Positions 13,255-26,284 of a stretch of DNA of 64,000 nucleotides are shown one piece after another. The stretch's first letter is position 1. Each line of letters starts with the position of its first letter. Made by a program: the position numbers and the translations under genes. Source of the stretch: Octopus sinensis. Its lineage: Eukaryota. Location of the stretch: positions 22,320,001 through 22,384,000 of the forward strand of contig NC_043009.1 of the NCBI RefSeq assembly GCF_006345805.1. Direction: 5' to 3'. The notes beneath the pieces were generated by a model, which did not search any database, had not been told where the DNA came from, and was given only the letters and a program-made list of their open reading frames with translations.

Positions 13255-14132
13255 GCTGATAAGCGTAAATGAAAGTCCATTTGGATACTAAACCAAATAT
13301 TTCATCAGATCAGTTCTTTCCAGAGCTCTGTTTGTATCAACTCCAGTAGTTAAAGCATGGACTTGTCCTCATTGCTTGGTTTAATATCCATGTCTTCCTC
13401 ATTTGTACTACAAATATTTCAGCAGATGAACACAGTACATCTATCCTCATTCATCACAGTTATTTTTTGTTATAAGTTATTTAACTGTGTTAAATGAATC
13501 CAGTAATAAACAAATGATACGGAACATAGGTGGGAAAACAGATTTCGTTTCAAAGCTCCAAGTTGTCCTTGTGCAGTATTGAAGAATCTCTGACTGATCA
13601 CTGACCAAAGTTATAACAGGTCGTTTTGTGATAAGCATAACATGTAACAACTGCACGTACCATATTTTCCAGAATCAGTGAAGAATGAATCGGTGATGAA
13701 CGAGGATAGATGTATACCTGAGCATAGAAAGCATCAAGATCACATTTGTATATATTCCAGCATTTTACAATGTCTGTCAAGTTGCTGAGTTATTTTTCCC
13801 TAAAAAAAAAATCCACTTTTAAATGAACATGGCTTCTCAGTACAATATAGTTTACTTAGAAAAGCGTTAACTGCTCAGCAATTTCAACCACTATCTCTTA
13901 AATTTTCATTAAGAACGTTTCTGCTGTTTTATATATTTTTTGGATATCTTTAATGTTCTGCTCTGCCTTGTACATCATGTTGAAATTTGTTGATTGTTTT
14001 TTAACACTATTGCTGGTTTATTGTTATAGAAGCTTCCTTTAGTTAATCTCTTAAAGTTATTTAAAACAATTACCACCTCTTGTTAAGCAATGTTATATTT
14101 TCAATATTTTGACAACATGCAAGACTGTCGAA

Positions 14133-14677
14133 CAGTGGTTCCCAACCAGTGTCCATATAAGATTTTGCAGTAAAAAAATTATGTGCAATAGGCACAGGAG
14201 TGGCTGTGTGGTAAGAAGCTTGCTTCCCAATCACATGGTTCTAGGTTCAGTTCCACTGCATGGCACCTTGGGCAAGTGTCTTCTACTATAGCCGCGACAG
14301 GCTTCTTTCAGTATGCATATATTTGTGTGTCTGTGTTTGTTCCCCCACCATCACTTGACAACCAATGTTGGTGTGTTTATGTCCCTATAATATAGAAGTT
14401 TGGCAATAAGTACTAGGCTTTCAAAGAATAAGTCCTGGGGACGATTTGTTCGACTAAAGGTGGTGCTCCAGCATGGCTGCAGTCAAATGACTGAAACATG
14501 TAAAAGAATAAATTGGTTATACTTATACAATGCACAAACAATTTTAACAATTCGTAATAAAATTTATTTATAAAAATATAATAGAATTTTTTACAACATC
14601 GAATAGCTATAAGGGTCCACTAGAGTAAAATAGGAATCAAAGGGGGTCAACAAGTAGAAAATAGTTGAGAATCACTG
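14133..14677. mobile_element. hAT-type MITE with a nested SINE
   Basis: TIRs CAGTGGTTCCCAAC / GTTGAGAATCACTG; 8-bp TSD CTGTCGAA (14125) / CTGTAGAA (14678); a SINE-A copy sits inside at ~14191-14512. Confidence 0.8.
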
Positions 14678-16097
14678 CTGTAGAACAATAATTTTGCTGC
14701 TATTTCTAGCAGGTCGAATGATACAGTGGGTCATACGACGAGAAGGGTTATCTCCCATAGTCTTGATGGAGTTGCGTCCCCTAGATTAGATCAATACAGC
14801 GATAATATTTATATATCGGATTTTATGGCATTTAAAACCAACTTTCTTTTTTTTTAAAAGGTCTCAAGAAAGAAAAAAGCAACAACAAAAGCCCCCCCCC
14901 CCCCAATGCGATTACCTTAAAGTCTGCATGTTTTAATTCGCTAAAACTTTTTTCCTGAATATGCGCCGCTGAAATGGGTTGTGCATCATATATGTCATAG
15001 CGTTTTCATTTTACAATAATTTTCACTCTCTATAGGGGGGTCTCCCCTTCGGTAAATGCTCCGTTATTATTCTTGAACAAGCATGGCTCACACAAAATTC
15101 GTTATGGCATATTTTTCTATGGCTTGTCCTTCCTGTCGCCAACCCTTAATTCGTTTATAAACAAGTTATTTTTTTATATAATACAATTGTTCCAATTACA
15201 AATGCATTTTTTTCTTAAGATTGTTTACTCCACTCTCATATGTATTGAGTTTTTTTAAGACTTAGTCTTTCTGTATGTAATCTGTGAAATACTTTTTACT
15301 ATACACGTAGCCAACATAATTTTTGTCTTTTCTTTTTCTGTTTCCATGCTTGCATGGGTCAAATGGAATTTGTTGAGGCAAATTTTCAAAGGCCAGATAC
15401 CTTTCCTCTTGCCAAACGTCACTTGTTTTTGAGCAAAGTAATATTGCTAAGAAATATTGGCTAGACATTTTTTTCACAGAAGATTAGAAATGAACATCAT
15501 TTGTAAAACAGGGATGGTTGTTTGCAACCATCAGATGACGTCAAGACAAGATTGCAAGTGTGCATACATGCATACACACACAATGTGCTTCTTTCAGTTT
15601 CCATCTACCAAAATCTACTCAAGGCTTTGGTTGGCCTGAGGCTATAGCAGAAGACACTTGCCCAAGGTGCCACGCAGTGGGATTGAACCCAGAACCATTT
15701 GGTTGGGAAGCACACTTCTTAGCACTCACACATATGCATACAGACAGGTTTCCACATAGTTTCCATCTACCAAATTCACTTACAAGGCATTGATAGGTTT
15801 GGGACTTTAGCAGATGACACTTACCCAAAATGCTGCATAGTGGAACAGAACCTGAAACCAAGAGGATGGAAAGTGAGCCTTTTAACCACACAGCCATGCT
15901 TGCACCTATGTATATACACACACACACACACATATACACCAATGAAGTAAAATCACAAGTTGAATCATGTTGACTTCTCGTTTTTTTTTCTTTCAGAAAT
16001 ATGAGACAGACTTTAGTCTGTCTCAGGAGAAAAAAAAAAACTCGCAAAAACATCTGAAATTTTAGTAAATAAAAAAAATACTCTCAAGCCAACAGAA

Positions 16098-16103
16098 TTT
16101 ATT
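16098..16103 (-). terminator. Candidate polyadenylation signal of GEMIN5
   Basis: AATAAA on the minus strand ~250 nt after the stop codon, followed by U-rich sequence. Confidence 0.45.
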
Positions 16104-16354
16104 CACAGAATATATTACAGTACGTCAGTCTTTTAAGAACAAGGATGTAGATTTGAATTTTTTGTTTCTTTAGTTGTTTTTTTTCCCATAATTATCTTTT
16201 TGGAATGGCCCAGAATTTTCTAGGCATGTTCTTATACTATTTCATTTGTGTTAATTTTTTCACCTTCCATTTTGCTACCATGTTTGAAGACAGGCAGACA
16301 TAAACCATTCTAGGGACAAGGTGTTACATGTCCAGGTGCTCCAGGTATTTCTGG

Positions 16355-16540
16355 TCATATTTTCATTTGGTCTTTTAAATTGTGGAAGATCTTTTGTTGT
16401 GCACTGGTTAACGAGTACTTTAGTGCCCAGGAAACAGTTTCATCAATGAGCTGTGTCTTCTCAAGGCGGTCAAAGTCTTCACAGTTCCAAATTACTGTCA
16501 ATAATAGTTGAGCAGAAGACAGTGGACGAGGGAAAAGAAT
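16355..16540 (-). CDS. GEMIN5: Gem-associated protein 5, last coding exon (ILFPRPLSSAQLLL...KDQMKI*)
   Basis: Acceptor tctttgcag, phase 0, in frame with the previous exon; TGA at 16355-16357. Confidence 0.75.
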   Translation of the reverse strand: MLFPRPLSSAQLLLTVIWNCEDFDRLEKTQLIDETVSWALKYSLTSAQQKIFHNLKDQMKI

Positions 16541-17289
16541 CTGCAAAGAAAGCATAGAGAGGTTGGTTAGACCAGCTACCATAAATAAGTTAGTTTCGCA
16601 GTGAATGTTGTTGCTTTTTTCCCATTAAAATTAAATGTGGAAAGAAGGCAATAAAATGGTAATAAGAACTAGAGAGAGGGAGAAGGGATGGAATCTTGAT
16701 GTTGCTTAACTTTAGTTATCAAATGAGAACCAGTGTTTCCAAAGTCATATGGCTGCAAACATATTTGTGGTCCTGTATGATGGTGCCATGTAAAAAAAGC
16801 ACCCACTACATTCTCTAGAGTGGTTGGCATTAGGAAGGGCATTCAGCCATAGGAACCAAGTTAAAACAGTTGACTGGAACCTGGTGCAGCTTTCCAGCTT
16901 GCCAACTCTAGCCAAACCATCCAACCCATGCCAGCATGGAAAACAAGACAACCTCAAACACTGAAGTGTTGATGAGCCGGTAAAGGAGCCTCTGCATGGT
17001 TGCTCACCTTGCAAGAAATGGCAATCACTTCTCCCTCATATCACAAGTTACTGTCCTAAAAAAAATAGAGCAGAGTTGAATAATGATAAGTACACTGTTT
17101 GGAGAATAAATGTCAGAATGGGCCTGGTTGGAATACATTTGGTTAACCCTTTTGATACCAACCGGCTCTGGCTCTGAGTACAAATGTCTTGTTTTCATAA
17201 GTTTTGAATTAAAATCCTCCACCAAACCCTAGTCACAATTTATGTTCCTAACACTAGTTTAAGAATTGCTTCTCTAATATATATTTTAA

Positions 17290-17510
17290 CCCTTTTGTTA
17301 CCATATTTCTGTTGAGATGCTCTGTGTTTATTTCAATTAATTTTAAATATAACAAAGAATTTAGTAAAATAGCTTAGTTATCATTAAGCTAGTGTTAGGA
17401 ATATAAATTGTGACTAAGGTTTGGTGGAAGATTTTAATTCAAAACTTATGAAAATAAGACATTTGTACTCAGAGCCAGAACCGGTTTCAGCCATGTTGGT
17501 AACAAAAGGG
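17290..17510. mobile_element. piggyBac-type MITE (family 1)
   Basis: TTAA|CCCTTTTGTTACCA ... TGGTAACAAAAGGG|TTAA. Partial copies at ~17146 and ~47231. Confidence 0.75.
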
Positions 17511-18389
17511 TTAAATTATATTTCAAACACCAGCAGAATGAGGATAAAGTAATTCTACAAAATTCTTTATTTTCAAAATTCAGTGGTTTCAGTTAGTGGA
17601 CTGTGACTATGTTGGGTCACCACCTTGAAGGGTTTAGTTGAACAAACTGACCTCGGTACTTACTTTTAAAGCCTCATATTTATTCTAAAGATCTGTCTTT
17701 TTCAAACTGCTAAGTTATGGGGATATAAACAAACCAATACCAACTGTGAAGTGGTGGTGAGGGACAAACTATGATACATATATATGATAGACTTCTTTCA
17801 GTTTCCATTTGCCAAATCCATTCATAAAGCTTTGGTCAGCCTGGAGCTATAGCAAAAAGACACCTGCCTAAGATGCTACACACTGGGACTGAACCCGGAA
17901 CCATGTGGTTGGGAAGCAAACTTCTTACCACCTGATAATAAAAGGGTTAACTAAAACGAGAACACGTTGCTCTCTGGCCAGATCATCACTGATCATAGAG
18001 AATGTGCTGAATCAGGATTACAGCAGCAGCAGCAATAACAACCACAGACACCATAATGACCATCACTGCTCCGCTGCCATCACCACCAGAGATTATCAGG
18101 ATTACTGCTGCCACTGTCACCGCCACCACCACTGTCATAAATATTTAGCTAAACTGTAGTCAAAATATATAACAATGGTGACACAACTAGGACATAATCA
18201 CATGAGCGTTTTAAAGGTCATGATGGATGGAAAGGTCATGATATAGCTTAATGTTATAGAATTGGGGATACAGTGTGGTGGTGAGTAGGTGGTTGGAGAG
18301 AGGAACAGTGTCCAATCTAGTTCTCACCAAACCAGTGTCGCCATCATACACACATGTCATCAGTTCAAATTCAAAACCTTCTCTCTTAA

Positions 18390-18989
18390 CCCTTTAGCAT
18401 TCAGATTAATCTGCCAAATGCAATGCTTGTGCATTCACATTGCTTTGAATTAATCCATGCATTATTTCATAGCTTAGGGATTTCGATGGCATGATTATTT
18501 GTTTTTAGAATGACAATGTAGGGTAGGTGTGCGAGGCCAAACCTGGCAAGTTTAAATATAAGACAGATGGTATGTTTGGGTTGGAAATGGTTGGTTTAAA
18601 TGCTAAAAAGTTATTCCCATTCATCATCATCATTTAACGTCCATTTTCTGTGCTAGCACGGGTTGGACGGTTCGACCGGGGTCTGGGAAGCCAGGAGGCT
18701 ACACCAGGTTCCAGTCTGATCTGGCAGGGTTTCTATGGCTGGATGCCCTTCCTAACGGCAACCACTTTGTGAGTGTAGTGGGTGCTACTTACGTGCCACC
18801 GGCACAGGTGGTGCTTTTTACGTGCCACAATTATGCATTATCTCATAGCTTTGAGATTTTGAGTTGTGACTGTTTATTTCTAGAATGACATTGTAGGATA
18901 GGTGTGAGAAGTCAGACCTAGTCAGTTAGAACATAAATCATGTAGAATATTCTGCCTGCATATGGCTGGTTTACACACTAAAGGGTTAA
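18390..18989. mobile_element. piggyBac-type MITE (family 2): two adjacent copies with an RTE 3' fragment between them
   Basis: TTAA|CCCTTTAGCATT start and CTAAAGGG|TTAA end; a minus-strand RTE-tail sequence lies at ~18622-18830. Confidence 0.6.
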
Positions 18990-20119
18990 TTTTCATTCAC
19001 CTGGCATCTTACAGATCCCCCTTTTCATCTCACCGCCCACACCAGTTGCATTCTGAAAGCTGTTTCTTCATCACAAACATATATTGACATAGTTTAGAAT
19101 AGTGTTTCGTCTGCCTTTAACCTTTATTGTTTGCTTCTTTCAGTGATTGGACTGTGACCATGCTGGGGCACTGCCTTGAAGGCTTTTAGTTGAATAAATC
19201 AAACCCCAGGACTAATCTCTTTTGCGGAACTACTAAGTTACAGTTGTCTTTTTAGAAATATGAGATTACCAGAAGGAGTGGATTCCCAGTTCCTTCACTC
19301 CTGCCCCTTTTAGTTGCCACTTACGCCACGCAGGGAATATGGCAACTACCCCACCTCCTTGTCACAGTGGGGTTTGATAGTTGACACATAGCTAGGACCC
19401 TTATGGAGTGGACCTGGGAATAAATAGTGACTGAGAGGTGGTTCCATGCTCCACAAACCCTGAAACCAGAGTCCCAGGGTACCACTACTGGATGTAGTTT
19501 GGAATCATACTCAGGACTGGTATTGGAGCGAGAAAGGCAAGATAATTTATAAATGATAGGAAAGCTTGGAGAGTGTTTGTGGATGGATGAGTGAATTTGA
19601 TGTTGCTCAAAGGGGTACGGAACCAGCACAATCTGGCAGGGTAAACCAGCATATGCTGTTGGGCCCTGCTGCTGATATTGGGGTGGGCTGCATAGGACAG
19701 GGCTTGCCTCTTTGAGCTGGGAAATGAATGGAATGCCTGGTGTGTGTCTTGTGGCTATTCCCTCCTTAAAAAAAAAAAGAGGAATAGGCCTGGGTATATG
19801 TATATGTACTAAGTTACAGGGCCATAAACAAACGAACATCAGTTATTGCACAGTGGTGAGGTACAAACATAGACACACACACATCCACATATTGCACAGT
19901 GATGAGGGACAAAAATAGATACAGACACACACATTGCACAATGGTGACACATACACACACATGACAGGAAGCTTCTAGTACTAGTAGTTGAAATAGTAAA
20001 AAAATTTCAAAAGCCGAGACAAGTTTGTGGAGCAGAGGAGTATAAAAGATTTTGGCACAGCTTTTTTGGTGTCACTGATTCAATGTTGACTTATTTGATA
20101 TCCGAAAATCATAGCTGTG

Positions 20120-20514
20120 GACAGTGCCCTGATGGGCTCCTGCGCCAGTGGCATGTAAAATATACCAACCGAATGTAGTCGATGCTAGTGCCCCCTTACT
20201 GGTTCCCATGCTGGTGGAATGTAAAAGGCACCATCCAAACGTGGTCAATGCCTGACTGGCTCCTGCGCCGGTGACATGTAAAAAGCACTATTCGAATGTG
20301 ATTGATGCCAGGGCCACCTGACTGGCTCCTGTGCCGGTGGCATGTAAGAAGCACCCACTACACTCTCGGAGTGGTTGGCATTAGGAAAGGCATCCAGCTG
20401 TAGAAACATTGCCAGATCAGATTGGAACCTGGTGCAGCCACTGGCTTTCCAGACCTCAGTCAAACCGTCCAACCCATGATGGCATGGAAAATGGACATTA
20501 AACGATGATGATGA
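20120..20514 (+). mobile_element. RTE 3' UTR fragment with tandem units and (GAT)n tail
   Basis: Same GTGCCGGTGGCA..TAAAA units and the same CACCCACTACACTCTCGGAGTGGTTGGC...AAACGATGATGATG end as 53470-54103. Confidence 0.8.
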
Positions 20515-22213
20515 AAGAGAAGGCAATGTAGTAAGAAGTTTGTTTCTGAACCATATGGTTCCAGGTTCAGTCCCACTGTGTGGCACCTTCAGCAAGTGTT
20601 TTCTACTATAGCCTTAGGCTGACCAAAGTCTTGGGAGTGGATTTGGTAGACCGAGACTGAAAGAAATCCACCACACACACGTGTGTGTTTACATCCCTGT
20701 AACTTAGTGGTTTGGCAAATGAGACTGATAGAATAAGTACCAGGCTTTAAAAGAATAAGTCCTGGGGATTGATTTGACTAAAATTCTTGAAGGAGGTGCC
20801 TCAGCATGGACACAGTCTAATGACTGAAATAGATAGGAGGAAAAAAGTAAGCAAAAGAATGAGCAAGGGGAGTATGAGAAAAGAGACACAGACTCCTCCA
20901 CCCAACGATGTGGGGTGGGGTTGTGGTGGTGGTGTTTTACATGTTTCATAAGAAGCAATGTTTTAACATTCCAAGTTCCAGCAGAAAATTCTTTGACAAG
21001 AACTACTTTCTTCAAGTTAACACTGCAAACCAAACCACTGAAGCTTGTTATACCACCATGCAGCTTTATGCGGTGGAGGAACATTATTCCACTCCTCTCA
21101 CTACTACCATCACCACCATCATAACCACATTACTATAAGTGCCACCGCCACCCTCCTTGCCAACAACAACATAACTAACCCCCTCCCATCACTATAACCA
21201 CCACCGCCGCCGCCACCAGATTGGGGGAGGCAGTGGGGGTGTACAAGTAGAACAGGAGAAAGGTGCCTCTTACTTCTGTCAGTCAATAGATAATAAGATA
21301 ATAGGGGAGAAACATTTAGTGTATGTTTAGGAGAGAGAGAGATTAAAAGAGAGAGAAGGGGGTAAAGTGGAGGAGGGGGGCAGATGTGAAGTGGGAATGA
21401 AGATTAGCAGATTGGATAACTATCTTATGGAACTTGATAGGGCTCCTCTAGATAGAACTGACACCTAACAACTATTTTGAAGGGTCACTGGGTTTGGAGG
21501 TCATGGAAAGGGTAGGGGGGAGGGGTTTGACAGCATTTATATTTCTGGGTGATGGGGTAACGAGTGCTTGAAAGACTAACACACATATATGTGTGTGTAT
21601 AAGAGTGCATAGATCCTCTGCTAAGTTTCTTTGATTTCCTTAATAAGCATTCCAGTTGTTCAGTCAATACCATTTTTTAGTCTGTGTATAAGTTGATTAC
21701 GTTGCACTATTGCATACTTGACTTTTTACAGGGTAAAAAAAAAAAAAGAAAAATGTAACCGGGATGTGACTTGTATACTGAGCAAAGCTAAACCTATGAA
21801 AGGAAAAAAATTTTGCACCTAGATTTTAATATTAAATTAAAGGTGTGACTTGTACACAAATAAATATAGTGTTAGGTGGGGGGGTCTCATGGAGTAGCGT
21901 CCCTGTTGTTCCTGAGCTAGTTTTCCATCACATTTCTTAAAAATCATGGTAGAGGGACCACTCATGCCTAGAAACTGAGGTTGCGAGTAAGCAAGGGCAT
22001 GTTCCTCATAGAAAATCCAGCTCCAAAAAAGCCTCATGATAGCAAAGGGGAATGGGCACCAGCCAGTCAGCCCAATGGTTGGGGTGGGCTGCACCTGCCT
22101 ACCTCAGTTGCTATGGCATTGGGGTAGATCCAGCCACCCCAATTATTTATTGCAGTGATTAATAAAAAGTGTCATATCTTCCATGTCTCATTAATCAAAT
22201 ATATATATATATA

Positions 22214-22619
22214 GGTGCAGGAGTGGCTGTGTGGTAAGTAGCTTGCTTACCAACCACATGGTTCCGGGTTCAGTGCCACTGTGTGGCATCTTGGGCAAGT
22301 GTCTTCTGCTATAGCCCCGGGCCGACCAATGCCTTGTGAGTGGATTTGGTAGACAGAAACTGAAAGAAGCCTGTTGTATATATGTATATATATATATGTA
22401 TGTGTGTGTATATGTTTGTGTGTCTGTCTTCGTCCCCCCCTAGCATTGCTTGACAACCGATACTGGTGTGTTTACGTCCCCATCACTTAGCGGTTCGGCA
22501 AAAGAGAGCGATAGAATAAGTACTGGGCTTACAAAGAATAAGTCTCGGGGTCGATTTGCTCGACTAAAGGCGGTGCTCCAGTATGGCCGCAGTCAAACGA
22601 CTGAAACAAGTAAAAGAGT
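22214..22619 (+). mobile_element. tRNA-derived SINE family A, full-length copy
   Basis: Pol III A-box-like TGGCTGTGTGG and B-box-like GGTTCAGTGCC, internal (TA)n(TG)n linker, conserved tail ending GAAACAAGTAAAAGAG. Many copies occur in both orientations. Confidence 0.85.
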
Positions 22620-23161
22620 ATATATATATATATATATATATATATAGCATATTTATTTGTTTAACTGCAAAAACTGGGGGTGTGATTTATACAGGGAGCA
22701 AAGCTAAAGTTATGACAGGGAAAAAATTTTCTACTAAGATTTAATGTTAATTTAGGGGTGTGATTTACACATGAGTAAATATGATAAATAATTACTTTTT
22801 GAATTCTAGAATGAGTACTTTGGTGTATAGTAGTAGCATCTGGATGGTACTCAGCATAAATGGTCACATACCAGCAGCAAAGAAAACACATGCAGCTTGG
22901 TGTAGTTCTCTATCAACTCATCCAACCCATGCCAGCATGGAAAACAGACATTAAATGATAATGATGATGACAGGTAGAGCGGGGCCAGTCTGGACCACAT
23001 ACTCCTTCCGACAAGCATAAATTATCCTATCACTCCTGTTAAAATGTTTGGGGTGTAATTTTCATCAGATAGGTGCAGGCATGGCAGTGTGGTTAAAACG
23101 TTTTTATCAAACGTTTCTTTATCAAACATATATGTTTGATAAAAAACAAAACATTAATATA

Positions 23162-23649
23162 TTGGGTTGTCCGGAAAGTTCATGCTGATTTATAGCAGCT
23201 TACCTTTCGACTTATTTTAGAACATGTTTGAGTCCATAAAGTTGGATTTGACTACACCCACATTTAGAGCACAGTTTAAGCTATCTTTTTGTGGAAGAAG
23301 GTTTATGTTCCTATAACCTGTGTTAATTCTGTAACCCTTTTAAATGGAAGATAAGAAAGTTCATTTTCGGTACTTGATACTTTGGGAACCAGACAAAAAT
23401 TGCTGCAGCTCGGCTGGGATGTGTTACCCCACCCTCCATATTCACCAGATATTGCTCCTTCGGATTTCCACTCTTTCAGGTCTCTGCAGAATAGTCTTAA
23501 TGGTAAAAATTTCAATTCCTTGGATGACATAAAAAGATACCTGGATGAATTCTTTGCAATGAAACCACCTCAATTCTGGGAAGAGGGTATTTTCAAGTTA
23601 AAGATGGAGACGCATCTAAAAGTTGGCACAAACTTTCTGGACAACCTAA
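23162..23649 (+). mobile_element. Internally deleted mariner element (mellifera-subfamily-like)
   Basis: TA|TTGGGTTGTCCGGAAAGTT ... AACTTTCTGGACAACCTAA|TA. The N-terminal MEDKKVHFRYLIL is fused to the C-terminal GWDVLPHPPYSPDIAPSDF. Confidence 0.9.
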
Positions 23650-23912
23650 TACATATTATCGACTAGTGGACTAGAGATGTTCTGTATATCTATTTGGAAA
23701 ATGTGAGCAAGACAAGAGAATAAAGGAGGCTCTTTCTGGTCACTAGAACTGCTAGAAATAGCAACCAAATCTTTCACTAATTGTACCCTTCGGTCTTAAA
23801 AGGGGAAAGACAAACTGAATAATGTGGGCATTGGATGCATGCTGCTGGAAAAGAAGTCAGGAAGTTAAACAACACCTAAGCAATAAACAATTAGTGTTCT
23901 TTTGTTTCCTAC

Positions 23913-25132
23913 CTGTGTAGGGTTTTCTGGACCTTGCTTCAGTTCTGACATCACTAACTCCTGTTCGTCTTGTAGAATTGCCATGGTAACGTATGGCTTT
24001 GTGTATTTTTCATCTACTGTATAGTCATACCAAACATCGGGAACATTGACATACTTCCTGTGAAGGGGACACAAATGATTGCTAGCCGGGAGCTCGTCTT
24101 TCCACAGAACTTTCCGTGGCTTTGTTACAGCCTTGTAAGGTTCATCTTCCTGACAAGGAGACAAGCAATGGCTTACATTCGGCACATGGGCTGACGGCTC
24201 GTCAACTAATATCTCGTTAATGGGGAGGGGCAGCTCTTTAATTTCTGTGGGACTACTCGCTCCACTCTGTAAGGGACTGGGAATAGAGGTCTCGTGCCCA
24301 GTAGGGATGAGATCAGGGGTCTGAAGACGCACGTTTTCCTGGGAAGGTATGTCTTCAGTTTTTTGAAAATTTTCATTGTTAGAATTACTTTTTCCATTCT
24401 TCTCACATAAGATTGTTCCACTGTCAGTTTTATCATTTTTGGGTTTCTGTTCAAGAAGTAACTGAGATATTGCTCTGTGAATGTAACCTAATTTCTCGGT
24501 CAAAGCAAATCGTTTGCCCTGTATGTCCCACAACAGACACTTGGATAAGTATCTAAATTTATGGAAAGTTAGTTTGAAGTCTGTTCTTGCCCTATTATCA
24601 TAACAACACTCCTGGTTGTTAGAGGTCTGTTTGTTGTTATTCTGATTTGTGTTGATGCCATCGCTGTGACTATCAGCAATGTTGTTGTTGTTGTTGCTGC
24701 CACTGCTGTTGTTGTTGTTGGTCTTCTCGACCGGACTGTTATCTTGCGTTTGGTTCATGCTTTCAAGCTCGTGCAGCGGCTGGAACAGTGTGTAAGGATT
24801 GTTATCTTCATCCGTCCGAGACTGGGTGTGGACCATCTTTGACACTGCTGACTGTTGTGATGGAATGGTTTTAGATTCCAGGCTCTGCTGTCTGTCGAAG
24901 AGATAGCGAAGCACACCAATGTAGTAATAGGCTCGTACGCAATCTAATTCTCGGCAGCGGAGACTGGAATTGAACACCTGATTGTCATCTTTCAGATCGG
25001 AGAGGTATCGCTTGGTAGTGTTCATCTTAAGAGTTGTGTCCAGCTTTGATAAGTCATCACCACTTTTGTCAATTGTTATCAATACTCTAACAGCGGTCAC
25101 TTCTTGTTGTAGTTTTAACAGGTATTTCGGAC
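23913..25132 (-). CDS. GEMIN5: GEMIN5 large exon (1220 nt; includes Asn-rich / disordered region)
   Basis: Acceptor ttctttccag, donor CAG|gtagg, phase 1 in and phase 0 out; overlaps the 411-aa ORF. Confidence 0.85.
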
Positions 25133-26121
25133 CTGGAAAGAATAAAAGAAAAAAAAAAATGGGAGTGAAAGAAAGAAACAGACAAAGAAAGCTTTTACTA
25201 AACTGGAGTCAAAATAACAACTTTTCTCAACATAAGTATTAGATGAAAATAGTTATCTGCACATCATACTCAATGCAGAGAGATTTTAATCCAATACACT
25301 ATAAATCTAATATAGTTTCTGTTGCACATAAGGGATTGTTATTCAGACATGTGGTTAATTACATCACCAGTGACTTTTTAATCACTGTTTTTCTGTATCA
25401 GCAGTGATGGATTTGATCAGCTTGGGGCTGAACGCATAACCATGTAGTTGGAACACATAACCACGTGGTTGGGAAACAAACTTCTTAACTACATGCCCAA
25501 TCACATCATTGAACTCTCAAAGCAACAAGATAATGTACAATAAATTCAAAACAACTGTGAATAAATAAGCAATGCATTTGACAGAATAATCTGAATGCTC
25601 AATGGTTAAATCAGATATAAAAACAGAGTGACATATACACTAGTAACTATATTTGCCAATAGATGAACAGTAAATAGTGACAGATACACATTTAGAATTT
25701 AGTTGATCATTTAGTTTATGACATCTGCATTGAACATTCTGGAGGGTTTCCATTTAAAGATCAGAACAAACTTGGGATCTTTTCCCTTTGAATGGCAGAT
25801 CGAGAAATTAATTTTTTGTAACTAAACACTTTCAAAGTTTGGTCGCTGGTAGAATGTGTCATATAAAACATCTTTGACTTTTAGTGTTGTTGAGAAAAGT
25901 TTGTATTTTCAAAATTATTTCGTGTTAAAGTTGTCGTATTTTTGTAATTTTAACCAATCAGTGACCTGTATTCAGCTGAATAAAATTACTGCTGTTGTTT
26001 GTCAACAACAACTTCCGGCTAAAGAGTTAAACAGGATTATTCTGTGCTGTGCTTGAGGCTAGCTCAAGAACAGAAAGTGTTGTGAGAAAGATGGATAGAG
26101 AGAGAGAAACTGTTTGCTCAC

Positions 26122-26284
26122 CTTGAGGAAGGCACAGCTGAGAAATGATTTGCAGCAATTGGTACTGACTAGCATCATGGAGGTTAACCATTGCTTGCAG
26201 CAAATGTTTAATCGCTGCTGTTGTCTCACCTTGCAGAAGAGACAGCATGCACAAAGTCAAATCCATGCAGTTCTGCATCAAAAG
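26122..26284 (-). CDS. GEMIN5: GEMIN5 exon (LLMQNCMDLTL...QLCLPQG)
   Basis: Acceptor ttcttgcag, donor AG|gtgag, 163 nt, phase 0 to 1, consistent with both neighbours. Confidence 0.85.

Larger units (their letters stand above)
9066..13260. mobile_element. CR1-group LINE, rearranged (5' part on +, RT part inverted on -)
   Basis: A sharp rise in GC content coincides with ORF1, APE and RT homology; sub-features are listed separately. Confidence 0.9.

Noticed and set aside
13720-13760. Minus-strand peptide DLDAFYAQV resembling the Y-family polymerase motif
   Set aside because: The flanking residues do not fit, there is an upstream in-frame stop, and no other polymerase exons were found; probably chance.
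13693-13790. Possible C/D box snoRNA (GTGATGA...CTGA...CTGA)
   Set aside because: No convincing terminal stem, and only about 8 nt of possible rRNA complementarity.
19321-19839. 172-aa minus-strand ORF in the last GEMIN5 intron
   Set aside because: It overlaps repeat fragments, has no domain signal, and is not needed for the GEMIN5 reading frame.
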